Of a stretch of DNA of 64,000 nt, positions 1-12,694 are shown piece by piece. Position numbers and translations under genes: made by a program. Every line of letters begins with the position of its first letter. The first letter of the stretch is position 1. Location of the stretch: contig NC_135250.1 of assembly GCF_964204865.1 (NCBI RefSeq), forward strand, positions 19,220,001 to 19,284,000, in the 5' to 3' direction. This stretch comes from Styela clava (lineage: Eukaryota). Under the pieces are notes generated by a model. The model had not been told where the DNA came from. It searched no databases and was given only the letters and a program-made list of their open reading frames with translations.

Positions 1-507
1 CCTTACAGCTGATTTACGAGGGTAGTCTCGTACGAGGTTTCCGTGATTTGTTTCATGGTACCGTTCAACATTGCTGACTCTATTCTGAGAAGCTTATGAA
101 AGATTAAGCACAAAGTTTTTTTTTTCTTGACTAGTGAATGCGTATTCTTCTTGCCATTATGACTTGACAACACTGTTTTCATCTTCGTATTTTTGCTCCT
201 TACTTGACATATCGCAAGAGGGACTAACTGCAATCAAATTGCAATACCGCCAACTCAGCAACATACATTTGACCATTGTGATGTAAGATTTGTCGCTTGA
301 CTAATTCAAAGTTCAACGCCACAACAATTTTCATACCAAAATATACTTGGTCTCAATCATTGATGAAAGCTTCTTCCATCGCTTAATAAATTAAAAAGAG
401 TACTGTTACACTACAGTTTCTTTAACTTAATTTGGATAATAATTAATGGTAGCGAGAAGAGCCACATGCGGATCGCTAGTCGCGGTTTGCCTACCGTTGA
501 CGTAGAT

Positions 508-953
508 CAGGGGTCGGCAACCTTTCGTCGCTCGCAGGTCAAAATAAGGGTTGCAAGTCATTGGCGGGTCGCACATATTTTTAAAAAGTTGAAAACCGAA
601 CGGATTATACTTTTATAATCAAAATCAAGCAGTGATACATCTCTCGAATAGAATATAGATTTATTTCCTCATTGCATTGCATTTTCGGCGCCATTGAACT
701 CTTTGTACTTAGCATCAAATTTTCTGCGTTTTGTTGCCATTTGTCTAATTATAATTAAACTATAGGCTCATTAAACGAGTAATTGTGAATTTTATACTTG
801 TTAGTTTATAATATAATTTAGTCTACACGCGTCTCATAGTGAATTGTGTAACGTGAAAAATATCATCGTCAAAACAGCTGTTTTTTTACTATAAATCAGT
901 GAAACGTCGCGGGCCGGATTATGTTACTCCGCGGGCCGGGTTGCCGACACCTG
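508..953. mobile_element. Non-autonomous hAT (Charlie-like) MITE
   Basis: Terminal inverted repeats (TIRs) caggggtcggcaacc (508) and ggttgccgacacctg (ends 953). Flanks acgtagat/acgtagag match 7/8, consistent with an 8-bp TSD. Subterminal gcgggccgg motifs. A related fragment lies at about 24571-24644. Confidence 0.8.
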
Positions 954-1247
954 ACGTAGAGCAACACTGATCTCAAATTTCGACAGACGAGATGACAACA
1001 TAAATTGTTGACTTTTTTCGAATTTAGCAGGTAATTACAGTCTACGATAGACCTTAGCTCAGTGAAGATGCGACCAGATCTGAATGGTCGTACGAGTTCC
1101 TAGACCGGATATAGCGTACTTTGTTTTTGTAAAACATTTTTTGTCCAACCGTTAACAAAATGTGGCGGTACTATCAAAGCGCAAAATGGCTCTCAAAACA
1201 CTATTTTGTCAAATGGCTCAAGCAGTTTTGTATGATTTCTGTCGCAG

Positions 1248-1371
1248 GTCAAATCGTTCCGTGAACGAAAATCTTCAATACCAAAATGCGCTGGTGGAAT
1301 TCGCACAATACACTAACGACGATGTCGAGAATATCCGCATTACAGAAAACTTTGTCGACAAGAAATTCTAA
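1248..1371 (+). CDS. Possible terminal coding exon of an unidentified gene (SNRSVNENLQ...FVDKKF*)
   Basis: Acceptor-like ttctgtcgcag ending 1247, open frame to TAA at 1371, ATTAAA/AATAAA downstream. No homology recognised and no upstream exon established. Confidence 0.25.
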
Positions 1372-1927
1372 AATTGATTACGCCCTCGCCTCTATTAAAA
1401 CAAGAACATAATATGTATAAATTATTGAACAAAATAAATATATTAAATAAAATAATCTTCGGTTCTTGATTTGGCTGATTTAACGAAATATTAGAAAATT
1501 CAAGTTTTAGCCGAATACGAATGCATCACTTTGCCTCCTGTAAAGGGTCGGTGAAATAAATAAAATAGTATGTTAGTACCTTATCAAAAGGTCGCACCAT
1601 ATAACTTATGGAATGCAACATGGTCGCAATTAAGGCAATCGTGCTTGTTGATTATGATAGAAATGTACTAACTTTTAAGACAAATTAAAAATAAAGTAAT
1701 TTGCGAAATAAGACTTTCACTAATATTCAGGTAAAGGAACATAACAAATAAAAATATCGAATTAAATAAATATCTAAATATTATCAATGATGTGCACATC
1801 TATTTTGGATTAGGTATATGTTTTAGGATAAAGAGCATTTTCAGATCTGTATTTTAATTTGTATTGCATTCGGCTATAGGTTACCAAAAGAATGGCAAAT
1901 AAGTTAAGGCCGTATTGAAATTTAGGA

Positions 1928-3588
1928 TCACATCACATCAGCTGAGTAATCCTGAGCCCAATATGCTTGCCTATTATTATATCGTTGCATGTAATATTGA
2001 TCTGATAGAAAACTCGTCATATTTGGAGGGTAGTAACCCCTCGTGCTTCGACTCATCATACCACCATGCATCGGATGAGGAAATGGGTAAGAGTGATAAT
2101 CGTTTCGTGAAGTAATTTGGGTCGAAATACGTGAGAAATTTGCATTGTGATTAGGACCAAAATGTTGTCGACGCTGTAGTTGATTATTTCGTTTTTTCAT
2201 GTTGGGACGTGTCTTTGAAACAGCCTTCGCCTTAGTTGTGGAATCACGCGATGGTTCAAGTGATGAAGACTCCGGAGCTTTAATTGGCGACGGTGGTACT
2301 TTTGGTTGCTCTGAAATACATGAATGCGAGTCTTTTTGCGGATCATCATTCACTTGAGAACACCCAGGCTCTAAAATACATGAATGAGAGTCGTTTTGCG
2401 GATCAGCGGTCACTTGAGAACATCCAGGCTCTGAAATACATGAATGTGAGTCGCATTGCAGATCATCAGTCCCTTGAGAATCTCCAGGCGAGTCTGGAAT
2501 TACAATAGTTGGGATGTCTATAGAATCCGATGTCTCTTGTGAAGCAGGTGGCTCCGTTGTTTTATCAGTCAATTTCTGAGGACTATTTATCAAAGATTCT
2601 TTGAGTGTGGAAGTCTTTGGGTAAACCTTCTGCGCACCTATCGCAGGAGAAGAGGGATGAGGTTGCGCCTGTTCTGTTATAGGATCTCCGACTGTTTTCG
2701 AGGTAGATTCCTGCTGGTCTGTCATCGGTGGGGTATCAGGTGTCGGAAGCAAAGGTTTTGAGGTAGTCGCGCCGTCCAGGGGGCTGGGCGATCTAGGAGT
2801 TGATACAGCCGCTTTGGGATGACAATAAGGTTTAGGACGAAATGCATCTGGAACTTTTGTTCTGTGACTGTCCAACGTTATTCTATCAACATCTATTCGT
2901 TTTGGTTTAGACCTAGAAGTTGGTGATCTACTTCTGTGGGAAGTATACGGTCTTGGAGATTTTGAGCTGCGCCTGCTGTAAAATGGCGGCTGCGAATATC
3001 GAGGTTTTTGCCCTGAAGCACGACTGTTTTTTTCGGACCGAGAAATGTTACTACTCGAATGATGAGCAGTCTTTGGTCTTTCGGGACGATTTTCTTCGCG
3101 GCGTGTTGGAGGTGTTCTACATCGCCTTGGTGATCTAACAAAGTTTTCGTTGTGTCGGACGGATTCCCTGGTTTCTGCAAAACGTCTTCGTTTTGTCGAT
3201 CTCCCGGTCGAGTCGTCTCGACAGTCACGCACGTTTGGGCAGGCTACTCCGGTAGGAATATCAATGCGACGCTTCATTGTATTTTCTTTCCCTGTTTTGG
3301 CAGGACTTTTATATTTTTCAACCACGCTGTTTTTCCGTTCGCGATCATTGCTAGGACTCCTGCTTTTAGCGCGACAACTCCGACTAAACGTCAAGTGCCA
3401 AAATGAATGGTCTTCAAAAATGGCTGCCATGACAATTTTATCTTGGGCCATGACATGAGATGGACTTTCAGTGGCAAATTTCTTGTTGAGTTGCAAAATA
3501 TGATCGGCATACTTTTCTGTTAATGTTACTAGTCCTGACATGCTGGAAGCCTTAAGCCTTCCTACATCATCGGAAACAGATTTCATCA
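1928..3588 (-). CDS. Orphan, mostly disordered protein of about 550 aa with an Arg/Ser-rich segment, a Pro/Ser/Thr-rich middle, a 3x20-aa repeat and a Tyr/Gln/Asn-rich tail
   Basis: 1.7-kb ORF, more GC-rich than its flanks. An acceptor (ttcacttacag) lies just upstream of the first ATG (MKSVSDD...). No recognisable domain. Confidence 0.65.
2308..2489. repeat. Coding minisatellite, 3 x 60 bp
   Basis: Three copies of ctgaaatacatgaatg.gagtc...gatca...cacttgagaaca.ccaggct, encoding DSHSCISEPGCSQV..DPQ on the minus strand. Confidence 0.9.
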
Positions 3589-3926
3589 AATTCTGTAAGT
3601 GAACAACAATTATGGGACAATGCAAAATGACAAGTAACTTGCTAGCATTAAAATAGCGACGATAAAATTAAAAACGTACAGCCGTTTAAGAAGATTGTGT
3701 TAAACGCGATCAAATATATAAAGAATGAAACAGGAAAATCGTATAGAGCTTAAAGTGCGCTTAAACGATATTAAGGAATAGTATCTCTTCATTCTGTCCG
3801 TATTTGAGGAACAAAGAAACGATTGAATGATTGTTAAAATAAACTGAAAACTTATAACTACTTTTAAGGCATTCAGTAATATATTTACTATTCATGGAAA
3901 TAGAAATAAATAAAAATTCAAATATA

Positions 3927-4514
3927 TTACAAAGTATTAACCTTCAATCTCTCCAAATGAGAACCGAGATAATCCATTTGTTCCTGGAATTCAGCGATGC
4001 CAGATTTCCTAGGCGAAGTCTTCATATTATCGTCAGTGGCCTCTGAAGATTCTCGTCTCATCTTTATATAGCTTTCATATGATATTTTGTTCGTTTTTGA
4101 AGTATTATGCGTGAAATGCTCAGGCCCGGAAGTTGCGGTAGAAGTTCTTCGAACTGGCAACACAATACTCGAACGTTTAACAGGTGCTGTGTTGACGCCT
4201 ATCTCTTTTACTGCTGGAATTGATGCAGGCATGGTTGCAGAGTCGCTAGTCCTAACTACAGCGTTACAGGAGACATCTTTCATTTTTCTTTTCGTCTGTG
4301 TCTTTGCTTCTCTAGTTCTCATTTTTATTGGATCATTGCCAGCGTTCTTTTTCCCCACATAAGTGGTCTGTGTGTAACAGTGTACTCCTGATTTTTTGGT
4401 CATATAATTCATTTCCTTCACAGAGTCGAAAAAATCTTCCATTTTCATCATTTCAATGGTCCCACGCGGCGACGGGTTTGGGGGAATGAGCATTATATAA
4501 GTTGAATCTAACAT
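3927..4514 (-). CDS. Orphan 195-aa protein, or an upstream exon of the 1928-3588 gene
   Basis: ATG-initiated 588-bp ORF preceded by acceptor-like AG sites, with coding-like composition and a short amphipathic C-terminal helix (IAEFQEQMDYLGSHLERLKV). No family recognised. Confidence 0.5.
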   Translation of the reverse strand: MLDSTYIMLIPPNPSPRGTIEMMKMEDFFDSVKEMNYMTKKSGVHCYTQTTYVGKKNAGNDPIKMRTREAKTQTKRKMKDVSCNAVVRTSDSATMPASIPAVKEIGVNTAPVKRSSIVLPVRRTSTATSGPEHFTHNTSKTNKISYESYIKMRRESSEATDDNMKTSPRKSGIAEFQEQMDYLGSHLERLKVNTL

Positions 4515-5396
4515 TTTCTAATATATTAGTTGCTTTTACCTAAATGCGATAAGAAAAGAAATTGAGGTATACCTAACAAGCCTTTGACAAAACAACTATC
4601 TTTCTCAGCTACTAAAAATAGAATTTTCAAGGGTGGTACTCGTGGCTTTATTGCATAAGTCTAGGCTAATAATTTCTAATTATCATATTGACATCTTTTA
4701 TGCATGACCGTTCATGGTACAGAGGTATAGAATAGAGTAGCGGTTCCCGGTCGCAGGCCCGTGGACCACCAAGGGGGCCACATAGCAGTTGGAAGGTTTA
4801 ACGGATATCCGTGTAGGGGAAATCGGGATCAGGGGATGAGGCAAAGCGGGGTGAAAAATTTTGATAATTTAAAAAAAAGTCCAGAAACGATCAAAAAATT
4901 ACACTGCGTTCCACAATAAGCATTGGGGGTCTACTATTGTAAAAGTTTGATAAATGAGAACATTTTGTGCATCTGTCCTGAAACCACGCCAACGGGAACA
5001 TAATCTTCAGAAGCAGATAACGTGACAAGAAAATTAAAAAACCGTCGGGATAGAGTGTATTTATTTTAAACAAGTTTATTAAACAGCAAGAGGACTCGCT
5101 TATTTTTGAGCCAAGATTGGGTATTGACGTGTTAAAAGTTCGTGATATTCCAACTTTATCGCCATTTGTAGCAAATCAGCGTTAATCAACAAAGCCCAAT
5201 CTCTGAACGGTACCCCAGTTTGTTCCCCAGCATTTCAATATTGGAGGGGTGTTTCCGTATTTTGAGGAAAACTTAAGACCTATTTGACTGCTCATTGAAT
5301 TATGTTCAACTACTGGGTGTAGCGAAGAACAATGAAAATATGATAGACGAGAGGTAATAATATTATAATTGAAAAATATATATACAGAAGACTCGC

Positions 5397-5742
5397 GTGC
5401 CTAAAGTACTTCTAGTGGGCATAAAAAATTTTGCATATGTTAATCCTAACTCCCACCTGACTGCGTCACCCAATAATTACTGTCACTACGACGTCACAGT
5501 CATGCATTAGAGCTCTTCAAATTATACAAATTGTCATCCAAATCGCGCAGACGATTACCCGAAATCGAGCAAGCTATTTCTCTCGTTTTCTCATCGCAAC
5601 GTATGTACAGTATGTCATCGGCGCAGATGCCATCTCGGGCGATCGTAGCTATACTTTGGCAAGCGCTATGACGTTTTGTGACGTTATTTTTGGATGGTGT
5701 AGTAAATATTTAGGCTACGTCCACTAGAAGTACGTTAGGTAC
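5397..5742. mobile_element. Diverged copy of a long-TIR MITE, same family as 5937-6404
   Basis: Inverted ends cctaaagtacttctagtggg and tccactagaagtacgttagg. The interior (atcctaactcccacctgact, cccgaaatcgagcaagc, gcgcagatg..ggcgatcgta) aligns with 5937-6404. Confidence 0.7.
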
Positions 5743-5936
5743 AAAACTACAGGAGACTCGCGGGACCATGGGTTAGAAAAATTACGTCGCCAAAATCTGG
5801 GCATGATAGTTCATTCACCAGCGACGAAGTCAAAATTGTACCAAGATTGACCAAATCACCAACGCATTCTACTGTAAATTTGAGTTGGGTCGCGCGACAC
5901 TAACTCCCTATCTTTTCCCTATGCCTTTATGCTAGT

Positions 5937-6404
5937 GGATCCCGGGTCTGGTATAGTTTAGTACCACATGTACTTCTAGTTGACCTGGCTCAACAATTTT
6001 TGCATAGGTCAATCCTAACCCCCACCTGACTACGTCACCGAAAAATTACGTCATTTCGACGTCACAGTGGCGTAATAGGGCCCATCGAAGTATGCGGATG
6101 CTCGTCCAAAACGCACAGACGATCACCCGAAATCGAGCAAGCAATCTCTCTCGTTTTCTCGTCACAACGATCACTATAGGAGAGAGATCGCCGGCTTTAG
6201 CAAGTTCGTTATCGGCGGCGCAGATGTCATTTCAGGCGATCGTAATTATACTTTGGCAATCCCTATGACGTGATGGTGACGTCGTAATGACGTAATTTTT
6301 GGATGGCATAGTCAGGTGGGGGTTAGGAATAGCATATGCAAAATTCGTTATGCTACGCCCACCGGAAGTACTTGTGGTACTAAACTATACTAGACCCTGG
6401 ATCC
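5937..6404. mobile_element. MITE with roughly 115-bp imperfect TIRs
   Basis: ggatcccgggtctggtatagtttagtaccac...aatcctaacccccacctgactacgtcacc is mirrored by ggatggcatagtcaggtgggggttagga...gtggtactaaactatactagaccctggatcc. Confidence 0.85.
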
Positions 6405-6449
6405 ATATGCGTATACTGCAAGGATGCTGTAGCTGGAATAAACAAAACT

Positions 6450-6667
6450 ATTCTATCCAATTAAAGAGTCCAGCTGTACACTAACACAAATGTATTTCTG
6501 TAATGTTTCGTCAGACTTCCTCAAACAAGCAGTTTACAACACCCACACTTCCACAGACAACACCTGTTTTACACTGCTTGTCTAAGAAAGTCTGACTCTG
6601 GTCGGACGAAACGCTACAGAAACACATTTGTGTCAGTGTGCAGCTGGACTCTTTTAATTGGATAGAA
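6450..6667. repeat. Fold-back inverted repeat with roughly 66-bp arms, probable MITE
   Basis: ttctatccaattaaagagtccagctgtacactaacacaaatgtatttctgta pairs with tacagaaacacatttgtgtcagtgtgcagctggactcttttaattggatagaa. Confidence 0.8.
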
Positions 6668-9600
6668 CATTCAACTGTTGCGAGAAATACAACAGCATTC
6701 ATCTCATCATACCGGGACTGGAATCGAATTCACTAGGCTGGTCTGATCAAATCACCTAATAGATCTCCAGTTGCAAGATACTGCAAGTTAAAACAATACA
6801 CATATTGCTTTACGAAATTCCCTAAAGATTCTGAGGAAATGAATACATTAAAGAAACCAACAAACGGCATACCAAGGATAAATTAGTCGCTTTTCTGGAT
6901 AGCATGCGAGCAGGGCCAGTGCACTAAATTGGGAAATCTCACATCAAGGTAATGGGTAGAGCATTTCACATTCTGTCGTCATAATGGTCATTATTGACCA
7001 ACAAATAGTATAAAAATGTAACCATGAGATGTCTTATTACATTTATTCAGCGGTAGTGTGAGACAAGACTCCTGAGTCACGTAAAATAATTGATTGACAT
7101 TTTTCAAAATTCCACATTCGCAAAAAATAATTGAAATTCGTGATAAGATTCGACTTACCAGTTCGAAGTCTGTCGCTGTGAGAAATACGACACAATCACA
7201 GCGCCAATTACGCTAGAGAGAAGAAGGAATACCAGACAACTGACGCCCGAATGCAACAATAACAGACGCGTTCCGGCGTTAGTGCCAGCAATACCGCGCA
7301 GTGGAAATGCGATGTCTGCAGCTAATCACTCGGTTGTTGGGGAAAAAATGAGGTTGATTATTGGCAACCATGTGCGCCGAATTATCGTCTGCACGACGGA
7401 GTGTATTTTCGCTTAACCTGTTCTGTCGCAGTTGTACTGCATCACCGTTTTCGAAATGCAGCGTTGATGGAGCGTCGACGGTTGCCAATTTCACAATAAG
7501 CCTACAGCGTCACGTCGACCTGCAGTGCGAGACAAGATTGCAGTTATTTGGGTGAACGACTTCCTGATGTGACGCTGACAGAATTTATGCAAACCACCAA
7601 GTGCGTAAATGTCATATTCTGCATGCCATTTTCGTTTTTATTGCATGAACGCATATTACTTAATCACGTATATATCATTTGTATTTCTGGGAAATATACA
7701 TTATTGCTCATAAATCCCAAGGTATGTGTTCTGGACGTGTATAATTGAATATAAATTAGCCTCGTCGGTTTTTCGGCCGTGAGAACCATAACGCTTTTAA
7801 CGGGAAATAACCCAGTAATTTTATCAAGTAATGTGTACGTTTTGTCAAACGGCCGCCGCGGGGCTACCTGTTTAGCAAATATTTTTGTGCTATTATACCG
7901 TTTTACGGATTACATTTAACAAGATAAGTTTCATGTTCCTGTTGAAACGGATCAATATTTGGCTCGCGGTGATTAGAGGTGGTATGCTCAAAAGCGGGCA
8001 CGCTCTGACGAAGTCTTAGATGACTAAATGTAAGTGGCAAAGTCATATTTTAATGTTGAACGCCATGAAAAGATACCGATGAGACGCGCCGCCTCAAATG
8101 AACTGGCAGTTTCGGCAACACGGTCATTGCAGAACGCTATGGTGTGGTTTTGCTTGGATGGCACGGATTGATGGAGTTCAAGCTGCCACCAGTCAAGGCA
8201 GATCCTGGGCACCTGCCGGCTTGTTTTTTACTTCTTCGATTCGAAAATACTCATGAGCAAGCAAAAATACGCGATACAAATCTATATCACTCTGTTTATC
8301 GGTGGTTTTCCGCTACAAGGCTGAATTCCCACTCTGGCCCTATTTGTGAACAAGAATATTTAAATTATAGTGACTTATTTTCATTTCCTTGAGCTCTTTC
8401 TTACGTTAGTGTTCACATTTTTGGATACTCAACCTTATGCCCTAACTTTTTATAACATGTTGAATGCGAGTTTTGCGATCTATGCAAAATGATAATGATT
8501 GTGAATTCTCATATCCGCCTTCATTCGCGCTATCCCATAGTTGCTGACTTAGAAAATTAAAGAGTTAAATATAAGATCAGAAAAGGCGCCTGAAATAAAG
8601 GTGTTCAAAGTGTTGTTGATGATTAATGATTTTTCTTCATCTTTAATTCCAAGGAAAAATAATCAAAATCGGTTGTCTCGAATCGAATTAATTATGCTCT
8701 TCAATTTTTCCACAAAACTATCTGTGACCCAAACCTGACTGATATTTTTCAATTTGTCATACATCACGCATAATGGCGAAACTTTGTCGTGTCTCTATGT
8801 TAGAATCAAGCTTCATTATATAGTCTTCGCCGCAAGCAAAATCACTACCTGTAAATATATTAACCGCCCTCGGGGCTCGGATCCAGGCATCTAACAGCCA
8901 GAAATTCTGGGTAGTATTTTTATGAGGCGTGTTCAACTGAATTAGTTTTTCTTGGTATTTAGCATTTACTTGCGCCTAAAGCTTTTACGAGATGTTAAAA
9001 TTTCAACGATAAAAGTTTCAGTCAAGTTGCAGTAATTAATGACTTCTTGATTTTGCTTGTTGGCAGTCTTGCAAAATCCCTCGAAAACATTACAAAAATG
9101 CCTCTTTGCTTTATCCTTTTTTCTCAGTTTGACTACATATATATAGATAAGATTGTAGGAAATATATTGTTTCGTTAACGTCTCTTCTTTACTTCCCCCA
9201 GCAGTGTGATGCTAAATTGACAATTTAAGTTTTGGCCTAATTAGTACGAACGTGTTAGGTAAGTGATTTTTTTCGAATTAGAAAAAGTTTTTTTACCAGT
9301 TGGGATCGATCTGAATCATCATTTTTTCTTTTGTTGTTCAAGATTTTGTTCAAATTACTGATATTCCCCACAAAATGTCTTGGTCATTTAGTAATCTATT
9401 TCCCCGCCTTGAATTATAGAACTTTATCTATATTCCGGCAATTTTCTTTTCCCTCTTTAAAAGGCAAGAAGCAATGTTTAACCCTTTCGTATTATAGATA
9501 CTGATAATCTTTTTTCCATTTGCACAATTACTACTCTCAATTTGTCGTAACATCCAAGCGGCAACAACCTTAAATACAAATTACGGCAGTAAAATTTTTG

Positions 9601-12443
9601 TCTCATAGCGATCTCGACAAGAAGAGTTATGAACAGAGACAAGTGGGCTACGTCAACGACGCCACAAATTATATGGTATTAATTACTATTGGCGCCGTAG
9701 GCCTTCCTGCCTGGTACTCATTTTGTGGCAAAAGCAAACACCAACATGGTCGAGTATATTGGCGGCCATTACTACCGCAGCTTGTGCACTCCTGAGTCTA
9801 TCGGATGACACAGTTCCTCTATATGTGTTCCTTGCTAACAAACGGGAAATATTTATTGATGGAAGCAGTCTAACTCTAACACATAGAAGTCGCTAACAAG
9901 AATGCAACACATAAAATTAACTAACGCCATATAAGAGGTGCGAAATGTCCAAAACAGTATGCGATGGAACTGTTAAATTTCCCACTACCACAGCGGCAAC
10001 GTTGTTTGCTAATAACATTCTAAACGTAATCTCTCAGTATGGTTACACCCGAGCTTATGAAATTTCACGCAGTTACTCCATTTACTCTCGTTCCAACAAT
10101 GAGAGCCGTTACTGATTATAAAGGTGTCCCATCTGGCTTCGACCCTCGAACGGTATAATATTTTAATTATCGCGCAGTAATATGCTAATTTATTACGTAT
10201 AAACAACGCGACACAGTTCCTATCGTTAGAACGTTTTTGTGAGTGGTCGATGGGAAGAATGGACTAGAAAAATTGACATTCGTCACTTGTGACCGTAAAA
10301 TCAAATTAGAAGTATTCAACGATGAAAGCTGTTCATAAAATAGTGTTGCCCCGAGTAATTAACATACTAATTATGCCATAAAAGGAGAATTTCGTTTAAA
10401 GACCAGCCTTTGAACATTTCTTGGAATGCGTCAGAAAAAATTACAAGCCTTATAGAATTAACGACCTGGTAATTGGTACCAGATCTCCTACAGTTCTTAT
10501 AAAACGAACTTATCTAACTACTTAATATAATCTAATTACACGGGAAAGTATAACTATGACGAAAATGCAAGTGTTAATCATCTCGAGATCACGAATACCA
10601 TTTTCACAAGTAAATAATTGAAAATAATATTATCAATTATCAGCATCGCCGTTAAAATTATTCGCATCGATACTGTTTTTATTTTTTAGTATATATATAT
10701 GGATATATATTGTTGCCTTATATGCAAGTTGAGAATATACTATGCCCATAGCATATTTTATTTTCTTTACCGAAAATACATTTATATCAATTAGTATACT
10801 GCGATTTGATTAAAATATATATGATATTTGCGAAATATTTCTACCGAACGAAGTTTGCAGACATTCCGTCGTCTCTACCACCGACTTTCATCTAAAATGA
10901 CTCGCAAATAACTGAATATTGACGAGAAGTGCACGAATGCATTTGCAAAAGATTTCAAACTAAATTCAGTAATGAGTAGCTTGTTTTTAAACATGATAAA
11001 AATACCTACTGTACAAATAGAATGTAGACAAAAACGGGGCGACGCGAAAACCAATACTGGTTATCAAGCAGCGACACTCTCGACCTTATAAGTTCAACTA
11101 AGAATGAGATTTATGTATTTAACACCTAATATGAAGCTATTCCTGAAAGGAACACAAATTCTATCTGGTATGCCAGTATGCGAAACTACAACGAAATACA
11201 ACTCAGCGCGACTTCACTTTCTAAATCGCGAGAATTATCCCTGTTTTGGTTTAAATCCTATAACTCTCTGGTACGCCCATGCAAAGCAACACTATTCAGT
11301 TCTCAGAGCACTTTTGCGTGGCCTCTCTTCGGCTCAAGCTTGGAAGTAATCAAGTCAGCTATTCGCCTTTGCCAAGTATAAATTCATCGAATGACCAATT
11401 CAAAAGTAAAGAATTATTAGGTTTCAAACAGGCAATATATACGAGATAGCGTACTGTAATTCGACAAATAAAAAAAAATATTGAAAAAATGAAATATTTT
11501 CACCAATATTACTTTGTAACTCGAATGACGTCAGCCTTCAACGAAAATCAACATTAAATATAATTTAGAGTAAATCAGGATAAACGGCGACACATATAAT
11601 TAAGCGCTTGGTAAAATTACAGGAACAAAGCGACGTGTACGACATGATTTCTATGCGCTACGATACATAGGTAAACATTTCCTGCTACGCTCAGTTTTGT
11701 TATGTTGAGAACAATGTTCAGCTTTGCAAATTTTGCACTGCAACCCAGATTTGGAACACTCTGACTTAAAAATCAGAATGCATTACATTTACCTATACGT
11801 TTTTGATGAATAAAATTATATTTAAATAACGAAATAAATAACAAATCACAACCATTTGAATAAAAAACCTTTTCAGTTATTCTATATCCTGAAACATCTT
11901 TATTTTTTGCGAAAATACATTGATCTTACTTAGCACGTTCAATTGAATACAGTAATAGTACATAATTTATAGTGAATATTTAATTTGATCTAATTGTCAA
12001 TAAATTATATGGAATTTGTGAATGAAGCCTCGAATATTATTGCATTCCATACATTGGAAGAAACAAAAAAAAAACTGGTTTTCAGCTCAGTTTCCATCTG
12101 TGACACCAAATGCATCCGACTAAAGGGCTGATAAGGTCGTTTCCTGCTTTGAGGTTTTTACATGGCATCATGGCGCAGTTTCTAGTGAATTTGTTATTTT
12201 TCATTCATTTTATCAAACTACAAATTTTGTAAACGCAATTCAGTTGCCTCCATCTATACATATTTCACTCAAAGCATGACTTTTGATTGGTATAAACTAT
12301 GTACACATATATAGATTAGAGTTTAGACAGCAGCAAACGCTTAGGTCCATTCATACTTTGGCAATGCATAATTATTTCGATAAAAAGGAAGCTAGCTGGC
12401 AATCACAAAGACGCAATCCAGTTAATTAACTTCCTACAGAAAG

Positions 12444-12694
12444 TGTACCATTTGTTTTCTCAATCGATATTTCCGTACGATGACAGCCTCGCAATGGAAG
12501 AGAGTATTTCAATTGCAAGTTGTAATATTACGCAAAAGTATAATAATGTTACCATGAAACATGAAAAAGGAAATGATCTATCAAGCGTACTATTTGTTTT
12601 CTCAATTGATTTTTCCTTACGGTGACAGCCTCGCAATGAAAAGAGTATTTTTAATTGCAGGTTGCAATATTACACAAAAGTATAATGTTACCAT
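12444..12694. repeat. Local direct duplication, 2 x about 110 bp, period about 143 bp
   Basis: tac.atttgttttctcaat.gat.tttcc.tacg.tgacagcctcgcaatg...caaaagtataatgttaccat occurs twice. Confidence 0.85.

Noticed and set aside
3-233. 76-aa minus-strand ORF at the window edge with a GTAAGG donor near position 6
   Set aside because: No recognisable motif, it contains a homopolymer-derived Lys run, and it cannot be linked to other exons within the window.
2284-4362. Plus-strand ORFs 2284-2508, 2920-3138, 3150-3458 and 4087-4362
   Set aside because: Antisense shadows of the minus-strand ORFs and their coding repeat.
7159-7325. Hydrophobic open frame (LLLLHSGVSCLVFLLLSSVIGAVIV) ending at a splice donor
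   Set aside because: There is an in-frame stop upstream and no ATG, so a non-coding first exon is more likely.
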